Positions 52,931-64,000 of a stretch of DNA of 64,000 nucleotides are shown piece after piece. The stretch's first letter is position 1. The number at the start of each line of letters is the position of its first letter. The notes beneath the pieces are model-generated. The model was not told the origin of the DNA. It ran no database searches and was given only the letters and a program-made list of their open reading frames with translations. Source of the DNA: Octopus vulgaris (lineage: Eukaryota); assembly GCA_951406725.2 (NCBI GenBank), contig OX597823.1, positions 64,790,001 through 64,854,000 of the forward strand, read 5' to 3'. The position numbers and the translations under genes are program-made.

Positions 52931-53301
52931 GATAAGGAGAATGGAAATTTTTTCACATTCATAAATTTTATTTAACAGTTATTAATTACTCTACAAAACA
53001 TATGCAATCCTGAACAAGACACAGAGAATTATCCAATGAGAGAAGTTAGCAGTGCCTAACAACTGATTGTTAGCTCAAGTACTACATACAGACCATTGTG
53101 GTTAGCTGGCATCTGAAACCAATTTGAGAGAAAATATGGTACGCATCAGGATAATATCTCCCTTTAAACTCATTTTTAAAATATATATATATATATTTTA
53201 ATATATATATATATATATATTTAATATATATATATATATATGTATATTTTAATATATATATATATATATATACGAGAATGAAGCAACAAGAATGGATAGG
53301 T

Positions 53302-53392
53302 TTTTAGTACAATCGTTTCATACAAGGACAGGTTTTATTAAAAGTTGCAAAAATTACAGCATATAAACGTGTCCCGTACTCATCAGCTAAAA
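53302..53392 (-). ncRNA. Type I hammerhead ribozyme (left arm)
   Basis: ttttag-CTGATGA-gtacgggaca..tgtccttgtat-GAAAC-gatt-GTA-ctaaaa; 6-bp stem I, long stem II, intact core. Confidence 0.8.
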
Positions 53393-53889
53393 TACATGTG
53401 AGTTCTCTAGACATCCTAGTGGTTGAGGCTATACTCATGAAGTAATGTAGATAATTAAGTAACATAAACAGATTTCAAAAGTTCATTAAAGTTCTTTAAA
53501 GATGATGTACAGTCTTATCACAGAATTTTAAAAAAAGTCTTAATAGCATCACAGAGAAGGTGACCCAATCCATAGTGCACATATGAATTTCCAGAGATAT
53601 GATGAGGGATTACATACTCACAGAAGGCAAATTTATCCATTGTTAATTACAACGAGGTGGGTTTCAATTCCTGCTTATTAGCATTACAGAGAGGGTGAAT
53701 TAATCCTTTTGTATAGATGCACAATTTCCAATGGTGTAGGTGTAAATTTCAAGGAATTTCATATTCACAGGCGATAAATTTATCAATGGTTGAACACAAT
53801 GAGGTAGGTATCAATTCTTGCTATATGATTAGGTATTTGCCACATTAATCACATTACTGCTATTTACAAGAGGCTGTAGCTATAGAGAA

Positions 53890-54603
53890 ATAGCTACAGC
53901 CTCTTGTAAATAGCAGTAATGTGATTAATGTGGCAAATACCTAATCATATAGCAAGAATTGATACCTACCTCATTGTGTTCAACCATTGATAAATTTATC
54001 GCCTGTGAATATGAAATTCCTTGGAAATTTACACCTACACCATTGGAAATTGTGCATCTATACAAAGGATTAATTCACCCTCTCTGTAATGCTAATAAGC
54101 AGGAATTGAAACCCACCTCGTTGTAATTAACAATGGATAAATTTGCCTTCTGTGAGTATGTAATCCCTCATCATATCTCTGGAAATTCATATGTGCACTA
54201 TGGATTGGGTCACTTCTCTGTGATGCTATTAAGACTTTTAAAATTCTGTGATAAGACTGTACATCATCTTTAAAGAACTTAATGAACTTTTGAAATCTGT
54301 TTATGTTACTTAATTATCTACATTACTTCATGAGTATAGCTCAACCACTAGGATGTCTAGAGAACTCACATGTATTTTAGCTGATGAGTCGGACACGTTT
54401 ATATGCTGTAATTTTGCAACTTTAATAAAACCTGTCCTTGTATGAAACGATTGTACTAAACCTATCCATTCTGTTGCTTCATTCTCGCTTATAATCACCC
54501 ACATTACTGTATTGTTAAATCAGTATAGTTTTTTTTGGTGCATCTAAGTTAGGTACCATATTCAAGTAAATTCATTTAAATTAACTTGAATCTTTATTGC
54601 TTT

Positions 54604-54605
<2 letters not shown>
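53890..54605 (+). mobile_element. Penelope-type 3' end/pLTR followed by (TA)n
   Basis: Hammerhead plus a tail homologous to 38340-38583; no ORF. Confidence 0.7.
54375..54460 (+). ncRNA. Type I hammerhead ribozyme (right arm)
   Basis: ttttag-CTGATGA-gtcggaca..tgtccttgtat-GAAAC-gatt-GTA-ctaaa. Confidence 0.75.
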
Positions 54606-54644
<39 letters not shown>

Positions 54645-54727
54645 GCATTCAAAATGTGACCGCGTGTGTACCGTTGGCGATTTTTTTTTCCTCCATCTTC
54701 CCTTTTTTGGATCTTTCCTTTTCCTAT

Positions 54728-54762
54728 GTTTCTGACGAAGAGCTCCGCTCGAAACATTAAAC
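54728..54762 (+). ncRNA. Minimal type I hammerhead motif
   Basis: gttt-CTGACGAA-gagc-tcc-gctc-GAAAC-ATT-aaac; stem III ACGT appears mutated to ACAT. Confidence 0.65.
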
Positions 54763-54875
54763 CCTTATTCTTTCCTTCTTTCCTGAGCGTCCAATAATAC
54801 TATACTTGTTCCACGTCCTCGTGTTGTTGTGTTTTCCCTTTGTGTTTTCATGTTTGGATTAACTATATATATATA

Positions 54876-55372
54876 CTAGCAGTATCGCCTGGCGTTGCTC
54901 GGGTTTGTAAGGGAAATAACTATATAAGCATTTTTAGAGAGTTACTTCCCTTATAGATGCCAATTCGGGCTTTCTTAGCCATTTCTGTCTTGGTGTCTTC
55001 AAGCCATGAAGTCATTGTTCTAAAAGAACGCTGGTCTCCTTGACAACGCTTTACGACGTTGATTTCCTTACACTCCCTTCCCCACAGCTTCACGAGGGAG
55101 GGAAGAAGGGGGAGAAGCAAACAGGTGCAGGTGTGACCATGGACGCCAACTCCGCCGCTATCGACACACGAAAAATTATGCATTAAAATGGAATAAAAAA
55201 TGATGTTAAATTATTTTTAAAATTGTAGACTCATCGTAGATGCGCACTAATACTCAGACGGGCTCGATATGAATCACGACTATAAGATACCCGAATTTGG
55301 TTAAACTGCACCACAAAATGTGGGAGTAGTTAGGAATCTAAATCGAAGGGGACAGACACTCCCACAACTACA

Positions 55373-55385
<13 letters not shown>
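54876..55385 (-). mobile_element. Non-autonomous Helitron
   Basis: Reverse 3' end aaacccgagcaacgccaggcgatactgctag|t, nearly identical to 26738-26768; 5' end merges into (TA)n. Confidence 0.8.
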
Positions 55386-55433
<48 letters not shown>

Positions 55434-55442
55434 GTATATGTA

Positions 55443-55502
<60 letters not shown>

Positions 55503-55516
55503 TATATATATGTATG

Positions 55517-55557
<41 letters not shown>

Positions 55558-55601
55558 GTGTATATATATATATATGTATATATATATGTATATGTGTATA
55601 A

Positions 55602-55641
<40 letters not shown>

Positions 55642-56267
55642 GACAAAAAGTGGTTAAATAAATCCAAGTGAATGCTTGTTTAAGCACTCTGTGGAAATAG
55701 AAAACCTGGCTAACTAAATTGCCTTGGTATTATTATGGCAATTTTTGTATGCTGTTATTCTTTTCTTGTGACAGGCACAGTTTATATATCTGATGCAGAA
55801 CACCAGTTAAATTTGGTGCATATATCACAGAGTATATTAGAAAAAAACATAGAGAATGAAAATGCATTATCAATAATTTATTTATCTTACACATGTTTCG
55901 ATTAGCTTGGCACAATGTAAGTGCAGCACATTGCAGTATGCATATTCAATCAATTCTTCATTTGATTAATGAAATTGCCGAAGATAGAGAGCATGTAGCT
56001 TTCAGAATGCTTCTGCTAAATTTTGTATGCATTGAGATATTGTGGAAGGGGTTTATAAACAATAAATCCCAGACTACTGTCTCCATTTTATTGTCCAGTA
56101 TTCATGTCATGAGTAAGGAGAGGTATCTTTATCAAAGGTTCTTAGTTTAATGACTGCATGTAGTTGTATGTATCTTGTCAAGATAGAATTGTAACTTAAT
56201 CTGTGATGTTAAGTGCAACTTAATTAATAGTATTATTGGACGCTCAGGAAAGAAGGAAAGAATGAGG

Positions 56268-56302
56268 GTTTAATGTTTCGAGCGGAGCTCTTCGTCAGAA
56301 TC
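56268..56302 (-). ncRNA. Minimal hammerhead motif, inverted local copy of 54728-54762
   Basis: Reverse complement gatt-CTGACGAA-gagctccgctc-GAAAC-ATT-aaac; shares the ACAT variant. Confidence 0.6.
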
Positions 56303-56530
56303 ATAGGAAAATGAAAGATCCAAAGAAGGGAAGATGGAGGGAAAAAAAAATCACCAACGGTACACACGCGGTCACATTTTGAATGCATATAAATATATAT
56401 ATATATATTAAAATATATATATATATATATATTAAAATATATATATATATATATATTAAAATGTATATATATATATTAAAATATATATATATATATTTTA
56501 AAAATGAGTTTAAAGGGAGATATTATCCTG

Positions 56531-56808
56531 TTGTGATCGCTAGTCTTAACTCATCGTAAAGTCAATACCACCATGACTGATATCCAATCTACGGTGGAGA
56601 AGGCTAGCCACTGGATTTGGTTAAAAAGAGACGATGAGTGATGGCTAGAAGTATATTGAGTTCTTCATAACCAGGTGATCTAGGAAGCGGGGCCTCATAT
56701 CAGTGAGGGGGGCCGGTGCGCATTGATGCCGTTGAGAGGTAGGCCCCGAAACGGCGCACATTCTCTTCTGATGACTGGTAGCACTTGCATGTGCAAGTTG
56801 TTTGCAAG

Positions 56809-56810
<2 letters not shown>
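56531..56810 (+). mobile_element. HERO-like (restriction-like endonuclease) LINE 3' end
   Basis: TMTDIQSTVEKASHWIWLKRDDE resembles the AE(K/R)ASxWLWLKR C-terminus of HERO elements (recalled); GC-rich 3' UTR, then (TA)n. Confidence 0.6.
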
Positions 56811-56849
<39 letters not shown>

Positions 56850-57249
56850 TCAGTGGCAACTCCGACACTCGGCCTGTCAGGGCTTAGCCCAAGTATAAAT
56901 TTAGTAGAGTGAACATGAATTTGCAAGCTGATTTAATTTCTGCCAAAACTGACTTTGAGTATGTCATTGCAGCTAATAACTCAGGCTCCTTTTATTGAGC
57001 CTGGCCACAGTTCATTTACTTTTGTTCAGCATCTGGTAGTAGTCTTAGAGGTGCCCTGTGTCAAAACATATCATTTGTAGCAGACATTCTCTCCACATCA
57101 TTCACACACACACCTGACTGGGGCTCAGAAGTTATAGCCTAAGTTATTATCTATTATTGTAAAAATTAAAAGTAATTCAAATTCAATGTTTTCTTGTACC
57201 AATAAATTTCTATAGAGATTAGGATTTAAATTCCAATCTATGAAAAGTT

Positions 57250-57803
57250 TCCGTTTGCTGTGCTTGAGAAGACCTATTGAGTCAAGTAAAATCGAAATCA
57301 AAATGAAAATCGCAGTTGTGTTCAGTGCCAGTGCCACCTGACGGGCATCCATGCAGGTGGCACATAATAAGCACCATTCAAGTGTGGGTCGATGCCAGTG
57401 CTGCCTGACTGGCTCCGCATGCTGCTGGTATGTAAAGAGCACCATCCGAATGTGGTCGATGCCAGTGCCTCCCGACTGGCTCCTCTGCTGGTGGCATGTA
57501 AAAAGCACCATCTGAATGTGGTCGATGCCAATTCCTCCCTGACTGACTCCTGTACTGGTGGCTTGTGAAAAGTACCATCTGAACATGGTCGATGCTAGTG
57601 CTGTCTGACTAGCTCCCATGCCAGTGATTCATAAAAAGCACCCACTACACTCTTAAAGTGGTTGGTGTTAGGAAGGGCATCCAGCTGTAGAAACCTTGCC
57701 AGATAAGATTGGTGCCTAGTGCAGCCTACTGGTGTTGCCAGTCCTCAGTCAAACCATCCAACCTATACCCACATGGAAAACGGATGATAAATGATGATGA
57801 TGA
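57250..57803 (+). mobile_element. RTE LINE 3' UTR with five tandem 66-67-bp units
   Basis: Units start at 57326, 57393, 57460, 57526 and 57593, followed by ttaggaagggcatccagctgtag..(tga)n. Confidence 0.85.
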
Positions 57804-58177
57804 ATAAAAAATTATCCAGCTACTTGGGCTAATACGAATGAGCCTAGTAGGTGTAAAAGACTAACTGGCATCTCTTGTCAAGAGTGCAGGCGACAGTCAG
57901 ATCATTGATGTTTGTTGTACACTCCGCTGTCATTATTTGATTGCTGTTACTCTGTATGTCTGTGTGTAAAGATTAGTTGTGTTTTGTAGGGTTGCTTTAT
58001 TTTAACTCTTAACTTAAAAATGGAGAAAGACATAGTGCTAGATATTAAAAACACAAAAAGCCATTTGGATCTAGAAATAAAGCAAGCAGTAAAACATGAA
58101 ATTCTTTGAGCAGGCATGTGTCTTATACAAAAGCTGTGATGAGCCCGAGGGATGCTGATGACCTGGAGTCACTTCTG

Positions 58178-58214
<37 letters not shown>

Positions 58215-58216
<2 letters not shown>

Positions 58217-59156
58217 GAGCTGGGCATAAGTCCGTTATTCTGTTAATTGTTAATTAAACAAAGTTAACATTTTCATTAACGGTTTAACTTTTAAGCTGAC
58301 TTTGAAAATCATTACTGAACTAATTAACTTCCGTTACATTTAGCTTCTGTTAACCCCAAAATTTTATAAAAACCGGTAAATGTTTAAAACTTTCAATTGT
58401 TTGCAGATTGTCTTAACATATTTAATAATGTACGTGTCATTCTTTCAGCCTTTTTTAGGCTCTTTAAAATTTAAAACTATAAAATCAGCATTTTTTAACT
58501 CTAAATCAATAAAAAAAAAAAACTATAGTTTTTGGGTTCTAAAGCCCTCAAAATGCCAAAAACGCTGATTTTATAGTTTTGGCACCTTTCACCCTTTAGT
58601 TTTTAAACTGGCCCAAATCTGTTGTATCTAATTCCTCTGTGAAATCTTTTTAAAAGATAAATAATTCACGTTAGTGAATTCTAGTAGTTTTGAGATAATG
58701 TGAGGTTTTTTCTCCCAGAAAGCACAGAACTGAGAGAAAAGCAAAATTAACTGAGGTTTATGTCAACAGTGAAAATATTGACTTCCATAAAGTGGAAAAA
58801 ATAAATGGAAGGAAAAAAGTTGGTAAATATTTCGGTGTAAACGCAAATTGCTGTTACGTGGTAACAGGGCATTCTAGAAATAGCAGCCAATTCTTTCCTT
58901 TTCTAGAAGGGGAACCGTTTATGCATGATTTCGATGTCACATTCGTTGAAAGTATGTAAAATAACCTGGGGAAAAAAAAACCCGTGAAACAAAACTCCCT
59001 TGGTGAGAAACTTTGAGGTCCCCACCACCACTCCCATCTTTCTTTTCCATTACATTTTCAAAGAATTAATGGATTAATGATTAACGCAGTTAACTTTTTG
59101 GTTAATAGATTAATGATTAATGAAGTTAACTTTTCAATTAACAGTGTCCACCTGTG
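58215..59156. mobile_element. Non-autonomous TIR DNA transposon (hAT/P-like)
   Basis: Ends cagagctgggca / tgtccacctgtg (9/12 match), clustered gttaac/ttaac subterminal motifs at both ends, internal 17-bp inverted repeat aaaactataaaatcagc / gctgattttatagtttt. Confidence 0.5.
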
Positions 59157-60963
59157 TGTGTATGTGTGTGTGTGTGTATATATATATAGGAGCTACTGCA
59201 ATGATTTTGAATATGTCTTCTAATTCAGGACTGGCCCAGAGTGAAACAACAACATTTATGTCCATGGACCCAGGGTCATTGTAAAGTAGGTGTCTTTGCA
59301 ACTGAGAGACAGCAGCAAAGGGGACAACATATGATGTATTGATGCTGTATTGAATAACTTGACATCAAACACTCCATTACTTTGATTGTGTTTTTCCTGT
59401 CTATCCATTTGATAATGAACATTAGATACTGGATAAGGGATAGTGGATGCTCATATGTCTAGCATATGCTCACACACGACTACATATAAGTAATGCTAAT
59501 AATATTGATTTTAAATTTTAATATCTATGAATTGGTCACATTCGGTTCAGTCATGTTTTCAACTAAAATAAGACATCAATGGGAAAATATATAAAAGAAA
59601 ATGCTAAGTTAATATTGAAACCAAATATCAAAAGACAAGCATTGAATGATGCCTGTCTATGGACAGAGACGAAAGTGTAGAAAAATAGAAAAAGGAAATG
59701 TAAAACAAAAAAAAGAACTTGATGCCAGAATTGAACATCTCATAGAAATGATATAGTGTTATGATTAAGTGTTTCCACAGAAGTTGCTATGACTACAAGC
59801 TGATTCATATTTTTTTGTTAGCTATAGTTCTTAAAATATTTAATATTTCATTACATAATCAAATTTGAAGAAGAAACTTTGATAATGTTAAAGTGTAAAA
59901 GCATAAATTGTGATTACAACCAAAAGGGATGATAGTCATAATTATCTGGTTGGCCAAGGTTGGGTTAATTTGGTACAATCAGGAGATTTTTGGTGAGGGA
60001 CAATCCATTAATTAATGGTATTGTGTGTGAAGTACTGTTGTTTGTGGACGGTGTGGTAGAGGTGATCTTAACTTCCCAGACACTGAATTATACTTTAGCA
60101 AAGTAGCATTATATTTCATACTAACTTCAGCTATACGTAAAGCAGTTTATGTATAACTACTGAGATTTTTCTGTCTAATACTGAAATGTCATCAAATATT
60201 CTAGATGACTCTGTTATTATATGAAGTGTATGAGAATGACTAATGGCAGATCGCCAAGTTGGCAAGGAACCAGAGATCAGTGGCTTGTAACCTTCACACT
60301 TTTCTCTGTTCATGGCATGACACTTAGCATCGAACAGTCCAATTTACAGTCATAAGTAATTACCATAACAGCAATAGTTATATCATGTGGCTGTGGCATA
60401 GATATTTCATTCTCAGTCACATAGTCTATGTCAGCTGTGAGAAACTTGTTGTTTACTCAGGTCAATGGGCTTATGATTAAAGATGTTCTAACCATGATCC
60501 TTTGATCTATTGCTTTAAGCATAGGGTGTCTAGGCCATAAAACAGTGGAAAGGCATGCAATTGTCTTCATTTTCTTCAGCCAGCCACTACTGAGATGCCT
60601 CTCATCACACCATGCTTGAAATTCCTATCCTCCATTATCTTTTGCAGGTCCTTGATCACATGTTATGTATTCCTGCCAATAATAGCATCAATGTCATTGA
60701 GAAGGGCATACATAACATCTTAAATGGCATATCAAATGTAATATACAGCAACAGTCTACTTGGCTGTAAATAATTTGTTATTGTTTAGATTTAAGTCTGC
60801 TGCATCCGACTGGACCTCTGATCAATGGCATTTCACGTTATGGCCATGCCATCCTTTTTTCTAAGCACTGTGTGTCTACAATGTAAAACTGTGGATGAAT
60901 AACCAGCCTATATGCCATCTGCCAAGAACAGCCCTAAACTGATTACAGAAGCAAGCATTCATC

Positions 60964-61414
60964 GGGCGAGTGAGCTGGCAGAAACGTTAGGTATGCCGGG
61001 TGAAATGCTTAGTGGTATTTTGTCTGTCATTACGTTCTGAGTTCAAATTCTGCTGAGGTCGACTTTGCCTTTCATCCTTTTGGGGTCGATTAAATAAGTA
61101 CCAGTTACACACCCGGGTCGATATATTAGACTTAATCCCTTTGTCTGTTCTTGTTTGTCCCCTCTGTGTGTAGCTCCTTGTGGGCAGTAAAGAAATAAGA
61201 AATGTTAGCACACCGGGTGAAATGCTTAGTGGTATTTCGTCTGCCGCTATGTTCTGAGTTCAAATTCCGCCAAGGTCGACTTTGCCTTTCATCCTTTCAG
61301 GGTCAATAAATTAAGTACCAGTTACGCATTGGGGTCGATGTAATTGACTTAATCCGTTTGTCTGTTCTTGTTTGTCCCTTTTATGTTTAGCCCCTTGTGA
61401 ACAATAAAGAAATA
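60964..61414 (+). mobile_element. SINE family A dimer
   Basis: One 17-bp TSD agaagcaagcattcatc flanks two monomers. Confidence 0.9.
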
Positions 61415-63259
61415 AGAAGCAAGCATTCATCAAAGAAATTGCTTTGATCTGATGGCATGAGGAAGAGTTACTTTTACTGGTTTGTGGTAGCATTGGTATC
61501 TAACCTCAAGTAAAACCACTAAATCTATAATCAAAGGTGTTTTAGCCATGACTATTTCACTAATTATTTTTTTTAGACACATATGATTATCTAGGACAAA
61601 ATTATCAAATTTTTCCTTTTTTACTAAGATGGTAGGTGGCTGTGATCGAAGGGGATTTTGTTGCTATTTCTAGAACATTGAACAGCCATGTAAAAACTTT
61701 CAAAGGCTTGGTTGTACATAACATGACAGGATAGAGCCTAACATTGTGGCACCCATTGTAAGATCTATTACAGTTAAGCCTACATGTGTTATTTTGTAGT
61801 GATGATTTAAATAACCACAGGGCTACAAATATACTGGCATGGTATCTTGTATGAAAGTTGTGTCCCAAATGCTTCAAGGCATGAAAGCTGTGACAAAGAT
61901 GGATCCATTTGTGGTAAAATTAGTTTGCATAGTTGTATAGTATCCTGTAAAGATGAGTGTGCACTGTTTCCTGCAATGGAAACAGCTGTGATATGGTTAA
62001 AAGCACTTGTATGTAGAAATTTGCCATAATTGTGTCAGGGGAGAAGCAATTTCTGTCTGCCTTATATTGTCCAGTTTTCTTTGCTATAAATTGGTATTGC
62101 AAGATAAAATCAGCAACAACACAATAAAACCGTGGGCTAATTGACTCCACTTCTCCAAGCTAACATTGCTTCGATATATAACACCTTGACTGATGTCTTC
62201 AACCTTACCTCCAAGTTTCATTTGACTTTGACTGCTGTCAGTACTTTATGTAGGAAGCATTTGGCATATTTGCAGAGGTGATATGTTACTGTGGGTTAGT
62301 GTATTTGTTGATTGAAACATTGATTTTGTGTATATTATTTTTAACACTTTTTTTAACAATTTCTGCTTGGAGAGAGAAGGAGAGAGAGAGAGAGAGAGAG
62401 AGAGAAGAGAGGTGCAGGCAAATAGAGAAAGGTTCGAAGTAGATGTTGTTGAACGTGTATTTAATATTTGAGTTTTGGTTGCTTTAGGCTACTACAGTAT
62501 ATTCCGACGATAGCAAAGATAATTTAACAAAACTGAGATTTTTTTTCTTTTCCCATATTTTCATGCAGGAATTATGTATAATATTATATATATGTTATTT
62601 TTCACATTTCTCTTGTGTGTAGGTAATAGTTTTACTACATTAGTTCACATGGCTCACTCAATCAAACTTTTCTTGATGTTATAGCAACATGAAAACCAAC
62701 AAAATAAATATGTAAATGATTTTTATTCTACATAGTCAAATGTGATCGGAGAACAGAATATAATTGCAAGACAGCATTGCCTGAAATAGAATACTAAGCA
62801 TATTCAAAGACCTAGTCTTCTGTGAAATTCCAGGTGTACAACGGAAACTGATATTAATAATGATTTTTAACAAAGACACAAGAACCGAAATTTGATGATA
62901 GGGGTTTAGTAAATTATATGAATCCCAGTAATTTATTGGTGTCATATATCATCAATATTGGAGGGATGAAAGGCAAAAATGGCCTCAGCAGGAATTGTTT
63001 TCAGAACATGAAGAGGTAAAACAAATACTACAAGCGATTTTTTTCTGATTCTATAATGATTCTTTCGCTTTTCTAATAATTGTTTCTAAGATGGGCAGAA
63101 AACCTGAAATCTAGGGGAAGGAGTTAGTTGATGAAATCAACTCCAATTACTGATTGGCACTTTATTTCATTGATCCCAGTAGGAAAAAAGGCAAAGGTGA
63201 CCTCACCTTGATTTGAACTTAGAACAAAATTAATCATAACCCAACTAAGTTGATGGACT

Positions 63260-63556
63260 CCCTTGCTGAAACTGACAGATGATGGATCTACAATTTCTTG
63301 CTGAACAACCTGTGTAGATGATTTGTTTATAGGGATCAAAAGTTTGTGCTGTACATTAGTTCACTCCTGCCATCAAATTCACTCTGCTTGTACAGGTGCA
63401 CAATGTGCCTCATGGCAGATGTTGATGATCGATCACAAAGCAATGTGAAGTGGAGTGTTTTGCTCAAGAACACAGCACACCATGAGTTCCTGGGATCAAC
63501 GCCATGATCTTGCAGCCATGAGTGCAATACCTTAATCACTATGTCACACACCTCCA
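63260..63556 (-). mobile_element. SINE family C-related
   Basis: gcaatgtgaagtggagtgttttgctcaagaacac..gagtgcaataccttaatcact; homologous to 12080-12395. Confidence 0.65.
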
Positions 63557-64000
63557 ATGCAACCACATTAGTACTAGTAGTGGTGGTGGTGGTGGTGGTG
63601 GTAGTAGTAGTGGTAGTGGTGGTGGTGGTGGCAGTGGTAGTGGTATGGTGGTGGTGGTGGTGGTGGTAACAGCAGTGAGGTGGAGGAGGAGGAAAGGATG
63701 GAGAAAACTCAGAGAACCATGCAGTATCTGTTGAAAAGGAGTCAAAAGTATTAACCATCTTGTAAGTGAATGCAGTAAGCTAGTACAAAAAAAAAGAGAA
63801 AAGAAGTGAAAGTGCAGATATTGTGTTTTAAAAGAGAGCCTTAGGATGTTAGCTGAGTTTGTGGCTCCGAAGTGATAGAAAAGTGATATGGACCATACCC
63901 AAAGGCTGTAATGGTGAGCAATAATCTCAGGATTTTATGGTAAGTCTCTATAAAGACTGACCATACTCTGGAAGTAAGGAAACCAGATATGATTGTTGAG

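Larger units (their letters stand above)
53273..54487. repeat. 1.2-kb near-perfect palindrome (arms 53273-53883 and 53890-54487, spacer agagaa)
   Basis: Arms read as reverse complements throughout; the differences I saw are small indels, mostly in homopolymers. Confidence 0.95.

Noticed and set aside
56715-56785. gaaac followed by ctgatga in the HERO-like 3' UTR (possible type II hammerhead)
   Set aside because: The strands that would form stem II (ggcccc / ctggta) are not complementary.
57326-57643. CRISPR-like regular spacing
   Set aside because: Whole units are homologous, with no unique spacers or cas genes; eukaryotic LINE UTR.

Overview
AT-rich, microsatellite-dense animal DNA whose SINE/LINE content looks like an octopod cephalopod genome (recognised from memory, not searched). 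Almost all ORFs in the supplied track are microsatellite or repeat artefacts. I find one credible host exon (4393-4549, + strand; ASH/Ig-like domain, best recollected match CFAP65), so most of the window is probably one very long intron. The rest is three tRNA-derived SINE families (many with target-site duplications, some as dimers or trimers), RTE and HERO-like LINE fragments, a decayed Penelope-like RT, mariner remnants, Helitron/Helentron-type elements and MITEs. The main result is a set of about ten type I hammerhead ribozyme motifs in several short, microsatellite-flanked, Penelope-type elements. Two of them sit in a 1.2-kb near-perfect palindrome (53273-54487), and an inverted copy of its apparent empty site lies about 2 kb downstream. 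There are also two older foldbacks, several locally templated duplications and a 49-nt 28S rRNA fragment. Coordinates were read by eye; repeat boundaries are approximate.
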